From an uncultured Spirochaetota bacterium (lineage in GTDB: Bacteria; Spirochaetota; Spirochaetia; SZUA-6; Fen-1364): DNA of 64,000 nt. Position 1 is the first letter of the stretch. The number at the start of each line of letters is the position of its first letter. A program made the position numbers and the translations under genes. Below the pieces are notes generated by a model. The model was not told the origin of the DNA, searched no databases, and worked only from the letters and a program-made list of their open reading frames with translations. Positions 19,814 to 29,335 of the stretch are shown here, one piece after another. The stretch lies in assembly GCA_963734545.1 (NCBI GenBank), contig CAVTHO010000004.1, positions 544,001 through 608,000 of the forward strand, read 5' to 3'.

Positions 19814-20344
19814 ATGGACCAGGACCAGGAACCCGAACAGCTCTTCAGCGCCATCGAAGAGCGGGCCGGGGAAGAACGGGCCAGGATCCGGGAGGAAGCG
19901 GAAACCCGGGCGCGCGTGACCCTCGAGGAAGCGGACGCGGAGATCCAGCGTCTCAAGGCCGAGGCAATGCGAGGACTTGAGAGGGAGCTGGCCTCCGAAG
20001 CGCAGCGCCTGGCGGGGGAAGCCAGGATGAAGGCGCGCAGCGAGGGGCTCCAGGTGAAGCGCCGTCTGCTCGAAGAGGCATTCGCCCGCGCCCGGGTGGA
20101 GATCGAACGCCTGGGCTCCTCCCCTGATGCCGCCGCTGCCCTGGAGACGCTCTCCGCCGAAGCCTCTGCTGCCGTGGGAGAGCCGTGCACGGTTGACGTG
20201 GACAGGAAAAAGGGCTCGGTGATTGCCGAATCCTCGGACGGCCGAAGACGCGCGGACAACAGCCTGCTCGCTCGCCTGGAGAAGGCCCAGGCTGCGTACG
20301 AGGCCGAGGTGGCCGGGCTGCTTTTCGGACGCGCCCCGACATGA
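19814..20344 (+). CDS. A/V-type ATPase subunit E
   Basis: Coiled-coil N-terminus, GSVIAESSDGRRRADNSL; operon position. Confidence 0.8.
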   Translation: MDQDQEPEQLFSAIEERAGEERARIREEAETRARVTLEEADAEIQRLKAEAMRGLERELASEAQRLAGEARMKARSEGLQVKRRLLEEAFARARVEIERLGSSPDAAAALETLSAEASAAVGEPCTVDVDRKKGSVIAESSDGRRRADNSLLARLEKAQAAYEAEVAGLLFGRAPT

Positions 20345-21402
20345 GCGACTACGACTATCTGAACGCGCGCATACGCGGCATGAGCACCCTGCTCCTGGGG
20401 CGCGAGTTCTATGAGCGCGCCCTCAATGCCGCCACGGAGGCAGCCCTTGCGGACGCCCTGCTTGCCACCCCCTATGCGGAGGACGTGCAGCGCGCCCTGG
20501 CCGCGCACGGCGGGGCCGTGGACGCCAACGCGGTGGAGGCAGCCTTGAGCGCGAACGTGCGCGCGACATTCGCGAAGATCCTCGCCATCGCTCCTCCCGA
20601 GCCGCGGCGGCTGATCGCCCTGCTGCTCAACAAGTGGGACGTGGCGAACGTACTGGCCCTTCTTCGCGGCAAGCTGAGCGGCGCCGGACCGCGCGAGCTC
20701 TTCGCGGCGGTGCTCCCCATCGGAGAGCTGGACGAGATCCAGCTTGGCGAGCTGTCGGCGGAAATCGACGTGGTGAACCTGGCGGATGCCCTTCCCACGT
20801 GGAAGCACGCGTTTGCGTTCGCCCTGCGCAGGGCCATCCGCGAGTGCCGGGACCAGGACGATATGACCGCGCTGGAGAGCGCGCTGTACCGCGGCTACTT
20901 TCAATGGGCGCTGGCCCAGCTTCGAGAGGACGATCCCCCGCAGGAGCTTCTGCGTGAAAACCTGTGCCGGCAGATCGACCTGGCGAACGTGCGGGCCCTC
21001 CTCTCCTTCATACGGAGCAGGGAGCGGGGCAGCGCGGCGTCTGCCGTCGAGCCGATCACCCGCGGAAAGCTCTCCGCGCGAGCCCTCGCGGAGCTCGGCG
21101 CCTGTGATACGCTGGTCGCGGCATTCGAGATGCTGGGAGGAACATACTTCGCCCCCGGCATCGAGCGCGGGATCCTCGCCTATGGCCAGTCCCAGAGCCT
21201 TGCCGTCATGGAGCAATTCCTCGAATCGGTCGTGATCGCGCACGGATGCAGGCTTTTCAGGCTCGATGTGTTGAGCGCGGCGGTGCCGCTCGGGTTTCTC
21301 TGGCGGAAGTACAGCGAGCTGGCCAACCTCCGGCTGCTTGCCCGGGGCATCAGGTACCGCATGCCGGCCAACGCCATTCGGGAGGGCATGATCCTTGTCT
21401 AA
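20341..21402 (+). CDS. A/V-type ATPase subunit C (d)
   Basis: YDYLNARIRGM, WDVANV, ELANLRLLARG. Confidence 0.88.
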   Translation: MSDYDYLNARIRGMSTLLLGREFYERALNAATEAALADALLATPYAEDVQRALAAHGGAVDANAVEAALSANVRATFAKILAIAPPEPRRLIALLLNKWDVANVLALLRGKLSGAGPRELFAAVLPIGELDEIQLGELSAEIDVVNLADALPTWKHAFAFALRRAIRECRDQDDMTALESALYRGYFQWALAQLREDDPPQELLRENLCRQIDLANVRALLSFIRSRERGSAASAVEPITRGKLSARALAELGACDTLVAAFEMLGGTYFAPGIERGILAYGQSQSLAVMEQFLESVVIAHGCRLFRLDVLSAAVPLGFLWRKYSELANLRLLARGIRYRMPANAIREGMILV

Positions 21403-21730
21403 GGTGCTGGCGCTTCTCAGCCAGGATCTCGGCGCGGGTTTCGCGCTCGCGGGCGCGGAGGTGAGCATTGCGGCGGACTCCGCGGCGGCGCGCAGCGCGC
21501 TGGATGCCGCGATGGCAAGCCGCGCGTACGGAATAATCATCGTGCAGGAGGAGCTCCTCCAGGGCATGGAGGAGCAGGCGCGGAAGGCGTTCGCGGAGTC
21601 CACGGTGCCGCTGATCATCGAGGTGTCGGGGGAAATGGTCTGGCGCATGGCGGAGGAAGCCCCGGCGGACGACTATGTGGCCCAGCTCATCAGGCGGGCG
21701 GTCGGCTACCAGTTGAACATCAAGCTGTGA
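21395..21730 (+). CDS. A/V-type ATPase subunit F
   Basis: AGFALAG, YGIIIV, LIRRAVG. Confidence 0.88.
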   Translation: MSKVLALLSQDLGAGFALAGAEVSIAADSAAARSALDAAMASRAYGIIIVQEELLQGMEEQARKAFAESTVPLIIEVSGEMVWRMAEEAPADDYVAQLIRRAVGYQLNIKL

Positions 21731-23511
21731 GGACGGGAGTGCAGGAAAAGCCGGTGCAGGGAACGATCTCCAGGGTCTCGGGTCCGACCGTGATTGCCCG
21801 CTCGATGAGCGGAGCGCGCATGGCGGAGGTCGTGCGCGTGGGACACGCCGGTCTCATGGGAGAGATCATCCGGCTGGACGCGGACACCGCGTTCATCCAG
21901 ACCTATGAGGACACGTCGGGGATCTGCGTGGGGGAGCCGGTGGTCTGCACCGGAGAGTCGCTGCTCGTCACGCTGGGCCCGGGGCTCCTGGGAAGCGTGT
22001 TCGACGGTATTCAACGCCCCCTGAGGGCCCTTGAAGCGGAGAGCGGAGTCTTCATCAGCCGCGGCCTCTCCGTACCGGCCCTGACGCCGGGGAAGCGCTG
22101 GCAGTTCACACCCGACGTGAGGCCCGGAGCGATGGTATCGGAGGGCGACACGCTCGGCCATGTCAGGGAGACTGACTCTTTTGTTCATCGCATCATGGTG
22201 CCCCCGGGCCGGCAGGGCACCCTCGTATCCATCGAATCCGGTGAGCTCACGATCGACGAGCCCATTGCCCGGCTGGACAACGGCGCCGCGCTCACCATGT
22301 CGCAGCGGTGGCCGGCAAAGGTTCCCCGTCCGGTGAAGAGGAAGACGGTTTCCCTGGAGCCATTTGTCACCGGCCAGCGCGTGCTGGACTGCCTCTTTCC
22401 GATTGCCGCGGGCGGCACGGCCTGTCTCCCCGGCGGGTTTGGCACCGGCAAGACGGTGCTCGAGCAGTCCCTGGCCAAGTACTCGGCGGCGGAGGTCATC
22501 GTGTACGTCGGCTGCGGCGAGCGCGGCAACGAGATGACGGACGTGCTCACCGAGTTCCCCCAGCTGATCGATCCCCGCACAGGGGGACCGCTCATGAACC
22601 GGACGGTCCTCGTGGTGAACACCTCCAATATGCCCGTGGCGGCGCGGGAGGCATCGATCTTCGTCGGGGTGACCATCGCGGAGTACTTCCGCGACATGGG
22701 CTGCGCGGTTGCGGTCATGGTGGACTCCTCCTCCCGCTGGGCGGAGGCCCTGCGGGAGATCTCCTCCCGGCTGGAGGAGATGCCGGGCGAGGAGGGATAC
22801 CCCACCTATCTCCCCTCCCGGCTCGCCTCCTTCTACGAGCGGGCCGGCGCGGCGGAATGCCTCGGTGGAGACGGGCGCAAAGGCTCGGTGACGATCGTCG
22901 GGGCCGTGTCTCCCCCCGGCGGGGACTTCTCGGAGCCCGTCACGCAGAGCACGATGCGTGTCGCCGGCGCGCTCTGGGCCCTCGACTATCCGCTGGCCCA
23001 CAGCCGGCACTACCCCGCCATCAACTGGAACCGGAGCTACTCCCTGTTCGTCGAAAGGCTTGCCCCCTGGTTCGCCGCGCACATCGGCGAGAGCTGGCCG
23101 GGGCAGCGCGCGAAGCTGATGGAGATACTGGAGCAGGAGGCGGAGCTGCAGGAGGTGGTCCAGCTCGTCGGTCCGGACTCCCTGCAGGAGAGCGACCGGC
23201 TCATACTGGAGACGAGCAGGATGCTGCGGGACGGATTCCTTCAGCAGAACGCGACCTCCGAGTCGGACGCATCGTGCGGCCTTGAAAAGCAGCACGGCAT
23301 GCTCACGCTGTTCATCACCTTCCATGAGCTGGCTGCCGCTGCCCTGCGCGCCAAGGTGCCGCTGGCCAGGATCCTGTCCATGCCCGAGCGTGAAGAGCTT
23401 GCCCGATTGCGCGAGATCTCCGCGGCGGATTTCCCCGCTCGGGGCGCGGACGTGGGAGAGCGCATGCGCGCTTCCTTCGCCGCACTGAGGGGGGAGGGAT
23501 ACAGGCAGTGA
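21727..23511 (+). CDS. A/V-type ATPase catalytic subunit A
   Basis: Walker [37 protein letters not shown]; alternative GTG start at 21739. Confidence 0.96.
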   Translation: MRTGVQEKPVQGTISRVSGPTVIARSMSGARMAEVVRVGHAGLMGEIIRLDADTAFIQTYEDTSGICVGEPVVCTGESLLVTLGPGLLGSVFDGIQRPLRALEAESGVFISRGLSVPALTPGKRWQFTPDVRPGAMVSEGDTLGHVRETDSFVHRIMVPPGRQGTLVSIESGELTIDEPIARLDNGAALTMSQRWPAKVPRPVKRKTVSLEPFVTGQRVLDCLFPIAAGGTACLPGGFGTGKTVLEQSLAKYSAAEVIVYVGCGERGNEMTDVLTEFPQLIDPRTGGPLMNRTVLVVNTSNMPVAAREASIFVGVTIAEYFRDMGCAVAVMVDSSSRWAEALREISSRLEEMPGEEGYPTYLPSRLASFYERAGAAECLGGDGRKGSVTIVGAVSPPGGDFSEPVTQSTMRVAGALWALDYPLAHSRHYPAINWNRSYSLFVERLAPWFAAHIGESWPGQRAKLMEILEQEAELQEVVQLVGPDSLQESDRLILETSRMLRDGFLQQNATSESDASCGLEKQHGMLTLFITFHELAAAALRAKVPLARILSMPEREELARLREISAADFPARGADVGERMRASFAALRGEGYRQ

Positions 23512-24976
23512 GCGACTCAGGCGGCCGCGATATTTCGCCGCTTCTCACGAGAGAGTTCCGCGGGGTGCGGAAGGTATCCGGGCCCCTCCTGTTCGTGGAA
23601 AGCGCTTCAGACCTTCCCTATGCGGGTACCGTCTCGATCCATTCACCGGGCGCCGCCCGGCGCAGCGGGCAGGTCATCGAGGTGTCGGAGTCCGTCACCG
23701 TGATCCAGGTATTCGAGGAGACAATGGGTCTCGACCTCACGCGCACGTCGATCTCCCTCGTGGACCGCGAGGCGCGCCTGGGCGTGTCGGAGGACATGAT
23801 CGGCAGGATACTCAATGGATCGGGGGTGCCGATCGACGATCTGCCGCCCGTGATTGCCGACGCCCTGCTTCCCGTGTCGGGCATCCCCATCAATCCCATC
23901 TCCCGGGAGAAGCCCCGTTCCTTCATCCACACGGGGGTATCGGCCATCGACGGATTCAATACGATCGTGCGGGGGCAGAAGCTGCCCATATTCTCCGGCG
24001 CGGGCCTCCCCGGCAACGAGATCGCGGCCCAGATCCTCCGGCAGTCGCGGGTGACGGGCACGGAGGAAAGCTTCGTCATCGTGTTTGCCGCCATCGGCAT
24101 CACCCAGCGTGAAGCCGCGTACTTCCTTGCCGAGTTCGAGCGCACCGGTGCCCGCAGCCGTACCGCCACGTTTCTCAACCTGGCGGACGACCCTACCATC
24201 GAGCGGCTGCTCACTCCGCGCTGCGCGCTCACCGCCGCGGAATACCTCGCATTCCAGCGCGGCTACGAGGTCCTCGTGCTCATGACGGACATGACGAGCT
24301 ACTGCGAGGCGCTGCGGGAAATCGGAACCGCGCGGGAGGAGATCCCGGGACGCCGCGGGTATCCCGGATACATGTACACGGACCTCGCCTCCCTGTACGA
24401 GCGGGCAGGACGAATAAAGGATCGGAAGGGATCCGTGACGCTCCTGCCCATTCTCACCATGCCGGACGACGATATCACGCACCCTATTCCCGATCTCACC
24501 GGCTATATCACCGAGGGCCAGATCGTGCTTTCCCGGCAGCTCCACCGGCGCGGGGTCTTTCCTCCCATCGACGTTCTACGCTCACTTTCGCGGCTCATGA
24601 ACAACGGCATCGGGAAGGAGCGCACCCGGGAAGACCACCGTGACCTGGCCAACCAGCTCTACTCCTGCTACGCAAAGGGGCAGGAGACGCGAAGACTCGT
24701 GGCCATCGTCGGCGAGGACGCGCTGGGGGACCTTGACAGGAAATACCTGCGGTTCGCGGAGGATTTCGAGCGCAACCTGATCCACCAGGGCGGGGAAGAG
24801 AGGGCAATCGAGGAGACGCTGGACGTCGGGTGGCGCGTGCTCGGCGGCATCCCCGAAGTCGAGTATCGTCGAATCAGGAGAGAGCTGATCGAGCGGTATC
24901 ATCGGCCGGCGCCGCTGTGCGCCGATCGCGCGCACCGGGCGCCCTTGCGCCAGGCGCCGCCGCCCCCGGAGCATAG
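23508..24976 (+). CDS. A/V-type ATPase subunit B (indel in a low-complexity tail; likely stop TAG 24974-24976)
   Basis: [41 protein letters not shown]; the ORF-track extension to 25325 overlaps subunit D. Confidence 0.93.
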
Positions 24977-24981
24977 CAGCC

Positions 24982-25602
24982 ATGGAGCAGATCAGTCCGA
25001 CACGCATGGAGCTCCTGTCCCGCAGGGCGCAGATCCGCCTGGCGGAGCAGGGCGTCGAGCTCCTGCGGGGCAAGAGGGAGGCGCTCGTGCGGGAGTTCCT
25101 CTCCGAGCTGCAGAGGTTCGTCGATACCCGGGACGCCCTGCGCCGGGAGCTGGGAGAGGCCAAGCAGTCCCTCATGCGCGCCCTTGCAGTGGACGGGCCC
25201 GAGGCGGTTGCATCCGCGGGTCTTGCGAGCAGGAGACCCATCGAGCTGGAGACGAGGGTGCGCAACATCTGGGGCACGCGGATCGTGGAGGTGAGCACGG
25301 ATTACGTCCCGCGCCAGCCCGATGAGCGCGGCTACACCACGGCCGGGGCCAGCGCGAGAATCGAGGAAGCGGGAGAGAGATTCGAAGCGACCCTCGAGCT
25401 GATCCTGCGCATCGCCCCCCTGGACCGGAAGCTGGGCAAGCTCGCCGAGGAAATTCGAAAGACCTCGCGGCGCGTGAACGCGCTGGAACAGCGTCTCCTG
25501 CCGTCGCTGGCGGAACAGGTGCAGTACATCCGCGGCGTCCTGGACCAGCGGGAGCGGGAAGACGTGCTGCGGCTCAAGCATTTGAAGAAGAGACGCGCGT
25601 AG
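24982..25602 (+). CDS. A/V-type ATPase subunit D
   Basis: PTRMEL, LLRGKREAL, KTSRRVNALE, EREDVLRLK. Confidence 0.93.
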   Translation: MEQISPTRMELLSRRAQIRLAEQGVELLRGKREALVREFLSELQRFVDTRDALRRELGEAKQSLMRALAVDGPEAVASAGLASRRPIELETRVRNIWGTRIVEVSTDYVPRQPDERGYTTAGASARIEEAGERFEATLELILRIAPLDRKLGKLAEEIRKTSRRVNALEQRLLPSLAEQVQYIRGVLDQREREDVLRLKHLKKRRA

Positions 25603-26070
25603 ATGCTTCTCTCCGAGCTCATCCAGGAGGACCTGATCAAGGTCGGCCTCAAGGCCAGGGACAAGTGGGATGCCATCCAGGAGCTTGTGGACGTTCTGGT
25701 GGCCGCCCACGAGGTGCGCAGGAACGACAGGGCAACCGTCATCGATGCGGTGGTCACCCGCGAGCGCTCCCTCAGCACGGGCCTGAAGTACGGCCTGGCC
25801 GTGCCGCACGGAACAGTGGACTGCGTGACGGACATCCTCGTCGCGCTGGGAACATCCCCCGAAGGCATTCCCTTCGAATCAGTGGACGAGAGCCCCGCGC
25901 GCCTCGTCATCCTTCTCGTCATCCCCAAGGGCTCCTTGAAGCAGCACGTGCGGACCCTCGCCGGGGTCAGCGCGTTCGGCACCCGGCCCGAGCTGCGGGA
26001 GCGCGTGCTCGCGGCCTCCTCCGCACAGGAGATCATGGACGCGATTCACGAGCTGGAGGGTGGCGCTTAA
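25603..26070 (+). CDS. PTS EIIA-domain protein (PtsN/fructose-mannitol EIIA family)
   Basis: RERSLSTGLKYGLAVPHG with phosphoacceptor His; ATG abuts the atpD-type stop. Confidence 0.88.
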   Translation: MLLSELIQEDLIKVGLKARDKWDAIQELVDVLVAAHEVRRNDRATVIDAVVTRERSLSTGLKYGLAVPHGTVDCVTDILVALGTSPEGIPFESVDESPARLVILLVIPKGSLKQHVRTLAGVSAFGTRPELRERVLAASSAQEIMDAIHELEGGA

Positions 26071-26104
26071 GCAGGTCACCGGTTCGAGTCCGGCCGGGGG
26101 AGCA
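26071..26104 (+). other. 3' fragment of a tRNA (T-arm and 3' acceptor strand, Asn-like); possible att scar
   Basis: AGGTCACCGG-TTCGAGT-CCGGCCGGGGGAGCA; no D-arm or anticodon stem upstream. Confidence 0.7.
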
Positions 26105-26113
26105 GAACTGGAC

Positions 26114-26148
26114 AGGCAGTCGGCACATCGCCGGCTGCCTTTCTTTTT
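26114..26148 (+). terminator. intrinsic terminator
   Basis: AGGCAGTCGGC/GCCGGCTGCCT stem followed by a T-rich tract. Confidence 0.8.
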
Positions 26149-26185
26149 CTCCTGCGCATGGTACAGATGCCGCCCGCATGGCCCC

Positions 26186-28474
26186 CTACTTCGCGGCTGC
26201 GCGGATCTCAACGAAGAGAACTTCACCTGGCTTGAGCTCCGTGGAGTACCGCTTGGGGAGGCTCACCGATTTCCATAGCGGAGCGAACGCATTCCTTCCC
26301 GTCGAGCGGAACACGGATACGTCTGAAAGCGCGAAGCCCGGGGCGTTCCGCGTGTCCAGGTCGATTTCCAGCGTCTGACGGTCGCGAGAGAGATTGACAA
26401 AGACATGCCCCACGCCCCCCTGCGGCGACTGCCATGAGCTCGTGAGGACCGACGATTCGGAGAACTCCACCATCCCCCATTTTCCCTCCCTTGTTCTCCC
26501 GAACTTGTAGGTAATGGCGGGACCGGAAACCGCGTAAGGATGAAGCATCCGCCCTTCCATGAGGTAGGGCCGCGCTCCGGCCTCCAGCAGGCGCGCGTGG
26601 TTCCGAAGCATCTCGAATTGCCGCTGATCGGCGGTGTACAGGCTTTTCTGCCAGAACCAGACCACGGTTGCTGGCGTCTTGCCGGTGACGAGGTTTACGG
26701 CGTGGCAGCGCACGTTCCAGGAGGCGGCCGTGTAGTCGCTGTCCAGTTGGATGTTGTCCCCGCCGTACCCTATCGCGTACTCGTGGTACAGGTAGGTGAA
26801 AAGGGGGATCCCTATGGCGCCGGGGAACTCCCTGTACCACTCCTTTTCCTTGTACTCGCGCATGTGGAACCCGTCGAGATACGGAATGAGACGCTCGTGC
26901 GGCTCCTCGGTGAAGAGGGCGAAATCAGGGCTTTGCTTCTTCCCGTAAGCGCTCATGTCCTCGAGCAGCGCCAGGTACCCTTCTGTCTGATAGAGGCCGG
27001 ACCCCGGAGCATGACCGTGAGATTGGGAGAAGCAGGGCTGGCCCGCGCCTTCCACCACCTGGTCCATCTGGAGTACGTCGACCCCGAGCGCGATCGCCGA
27101 GTCGATCGTCTTCCTGAAAAAATCCACAGCGAGCGGGCTTGCCGCGCAGAAGGAATAGGAGCGGCGCGTCCAGGGCTTGTCGGGATAGGATTCATCGAGG
27201 GTGAAAACTCGCGGCTTTCCTGTCTTCCCGTCAATGACGAACCCCGGGAAATACCGCTCGGGGACTTCCGGTTTCGACGGATTCAACCCTTCGTTTGCGA
27301 AAGTGTAGAAGAGGCCGGAGAGGAAGAAGAAAGGCTTGAATCCCTTTTTCTTGATTTGAGGAATAACCTTCTTCGCGTTCGCCTCGTCGAAGACTGGAAA
27401 ATAATCTCCCGCCGTCCACCTTCGGTGGTTTTCCCAATCCGCGAGCATGGCGACGATCGGCCCTCCGGTCTTCTCCTTCAGGTATTCCAGGTGCCGGGAG
27501 ATGCTCGGGTAGTACGATCCACTCTGAATCCAGTTCTGGTCGTACGTGCGCACCGAGCAGACATGGACCATCGGACCCTGCTTCCACCACTCGGGTATGT
27601 CGTCGCGCCGGGCGAGCGTCTTTGCGCACCACGGCTGCCCCACCGCCCATGCCTTGTAGATGTCCGCGCTGTCCATCCACGTCCCCTGCGAAACCCCGAT
27701 GGCCACCGGGTAGGGGCTTTGCCAGTCCTTGCCTGTGTCTGCGGGAGGGAAATACTCGTTTACGATTTCAAAGCCGTCATTCAATTTCTGGATGACAAGA
27801 CTCTTCACCTGTCCCAGCGGATCCAGGGCGGCAAAAAACACGCCCGCGGACGCGTCCTGATACGCGAGAAACTGCGCGGACATGTCTCCCGGGTATCGCA
27901 GCCACACACCGTCCCAATCCTTCCAATTCTCCCAGGGCTTTTGAATCAGCGTGCCGGGCAGGCACGGAAGGACTATGAAATCATCGTCGGCGCCGCCGCG
28001 TATGGCGGGCACTGCCGTAATGGAAGGGAAACGCACGAAATCGATCTTTCGACCCGTGTCGTTGTGCACCTCCATGGACCAGCGTGTCAGGGCGTCGCCG
28101 TCTGCGCACACGCCCCGGACCCTGGCGGTCAGGGCAAGATTCGGAAAATCGGAGAAGGTGATGACGACCTCGCGCCCGGAGGCGACGCGCTCTACGGCCA
28201 CCCGGGTCGCTCTCGCGTAGGAGCTGTCTACATACTCCTGCCCATCCGGTTTCGCCAGAACAATCGTGAACATCCTGGTTCGCTCGGGCTTATCGACGAG
28301 AACGCCCCCGGAGGCCTTGTGGGTGAGGCGCGAAATGTGGGGCGAAGGCCACTGCGACACGACCAGGCTGACCGATGAGTTTTCCATCACTGCATCGACC
28401 TTATCCTGCGCGGTGGCTGCCAGAGTGCTCAACAATAACAAGATCGAAAACACCATGAATCCGCTTTTTTTCAT
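26186..28474 (-). CDS. secreted putative glycoside hydrolase-like protein (DUF6259-like)
   Basis: Signal peptide MKK...ATA-Q; aromatic-rich; LQMDQ, CFSQSHGHAPG, IPLFTYLYHEY. Confidence 0.55.
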   Translation of the reverse strand: MKKSGFMVFSILLLLSTLAATAQDKVDAVMENSSVSLVVSQWPSPHISRLTHKASGGVLVDKPERTRMFTIVLAKPDGQEYVDSSYARATRVAVERVASGREVVITFSDFPNLALTARVRGVCADGDALTRWSMEVHNDTGRKIDFVRFPSITAVPAIRGGADDDFIVLPCLPGTLIQKPWENWKDWDGVWLRYPGDMSAQFLAYQDASAGVFFAALDPLGQVKSLVIQKLNDGFEIVNEYFPPADTGKDWQSPYPVAIGVSQGTWMDSADIYKAWAVGQPWCAKTLARRDDIPEWWKQGPMVHVCSVRTYDQNWIQSGSYYPSISRHLEYLKEKTGGPIVAMLADWENHRRWTAGDYFPVFDEANAKKVIPQIKKKGFKPFFFLSGLFYTFANEGLNPSKPEVPERYFPGFVIDGKTGKPRVFTLDESYPDKPWTRRSYSFCAASPLAVDFFRKTIDSAIALGVDVLQMDQVVEGAGQPCFSQSHGHAPGSGLYQTEGYLALLEDMSAYGKKQSPDFALFTEEPHERLIPYLDGFHMREYKEKEWYREFPGAIGIPLFTYLYHEYAIGYGGDNIQLDSDYTAASWNVRCHAVNLVTGKTPATVVWFWQKSLYTADQRQFEMLRNHARLLEAGARPYLMEGRMLHPYAVSGPAITYKFGRTREGKWGMVEFSESSVLTSSWQSPQGGVGHVFVNLSRDRQTLEIDLDTRNAPGFALSDVSVFRSTGRNAFAPLWKSVSLPKRYSTELKPGEVLFVEIRAAAK

Positions 28475-28696
28475 TTGTCAATTATGTAAAACGCCTCAGA
28501 ACGGTGTCAAGGTGTCGTGGACCTGTGAATCTGGAGGGCAGAAACGCGAAGCCATGCTGAAGATAAAGGCGCTCTGGCTCGTCCCCGTCAGACGCGGGAG
28601 CTTAGGCAATATTCACCTCGCCGTCCGCTATTGTGCGCTATGAAATGTCGGAATGTAGTCATCTGCACGACGAGCGGCAGATCAGGGCCGCCCCCC

Positions 28697-29311
28697 CTAC
28701 GCCCTCTTCCGCCGCATCAGGTGGCGCGCCACATACAAGACGACCAGCGCGGCAAGAAGGACAATCACCACGATATCGATGACATGGCTGTAGCGCAGCA
28801 CCGTCTCCCAGTTGTTTCTCAGTACAAAGCCGCACCAGGTGAGGAACGCGTTCCAGGCGCCGGCCCCGAGTATAGTGAAGAGGCAGAACGGCAGGAGCGG
28901 CATGCTCCCCATGCCGGCGGGGATCGAAATCAGGTGCCGGACGATGGGGATGAAACGGGAGACGAGGATCGTGACGCTGCCCCTGCGCTGGAAAAACCTC
29001 GTGGTCTTTTCGAGGTCTTCACTGTCCAGCAGGAGATACTTTCCGAACCTCAGAAGAAAGGGTTTGCCGCCGAACCTGCCGATGGCGTAGCCGATCAGTG
29101 AGCCGATGATGCTTCCCAGGGTTGCGGAGAGAATGACGCCCGGCCACGAGAGGCTGTGCTCGGCCACGCTGAAGCCGGCAAACGGCATCACCGCCTCGCT
29201 GGGCACCGGCAGGACCATGCTCTCCGCAATCATGAGGAGAAACACCCCGACATAGCCGATGCCCGCGATGACCTGCGTGCCGAACGCGGCGATTGACTCG
29301 GTGATGCCCAC
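28697..29311 (-). CDS. dedA: DedA family membrane protein
   Basis: ESMVLPVPSEAVMPFAG, GSLIGYAIG, SRFIPIVRHLISIPAG. Confidence 0.92.
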   Translation of the reverse strand: MGITESIAAFGTQVIAGIGYVGVFLLMIAESMVLPVPSEAVMPFAGFSVAEHSLSWPGVILSATLGSIIGSLIGYAIGRFGGKPFLLRFGKYLLLDSEDLEKTTRFFQRRGSVTILVSRFIPIVRHLISIPAGMGSMPLLPFCLFTILGAGAWNAFLTWCGFVLRNNWETVLRYSHVIDIVVIVLLAALVVLYVARHLMRRKRA

Positions 29312-29335
29312 GCTGGTCCGATTACTGCGGCCGCG

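Noticed and set aside
19798-21648. Long antisense or alternate-frame ORFs (also 4362-6032, 21706-23325, 26540-28378, 29582-31060, 33138-34736, 55865-57469)
   Set aside because: Shadow ORFs expected in high-GC DNA; they lie opposite well-supported genes and have no recognisable motifs
23508-25325. 605-aa ATPase B with a long C-terminal extension
   Set aside because: The extension overlaps subunit D out of frame; a TAG at 24974-24976 in a shifted frame fits better
26030-26104. Complete tRNA gene
   Set aside because: Only the T-arm and 3' acceptor strand are present; the upstream sequence is EIIA coding sequence
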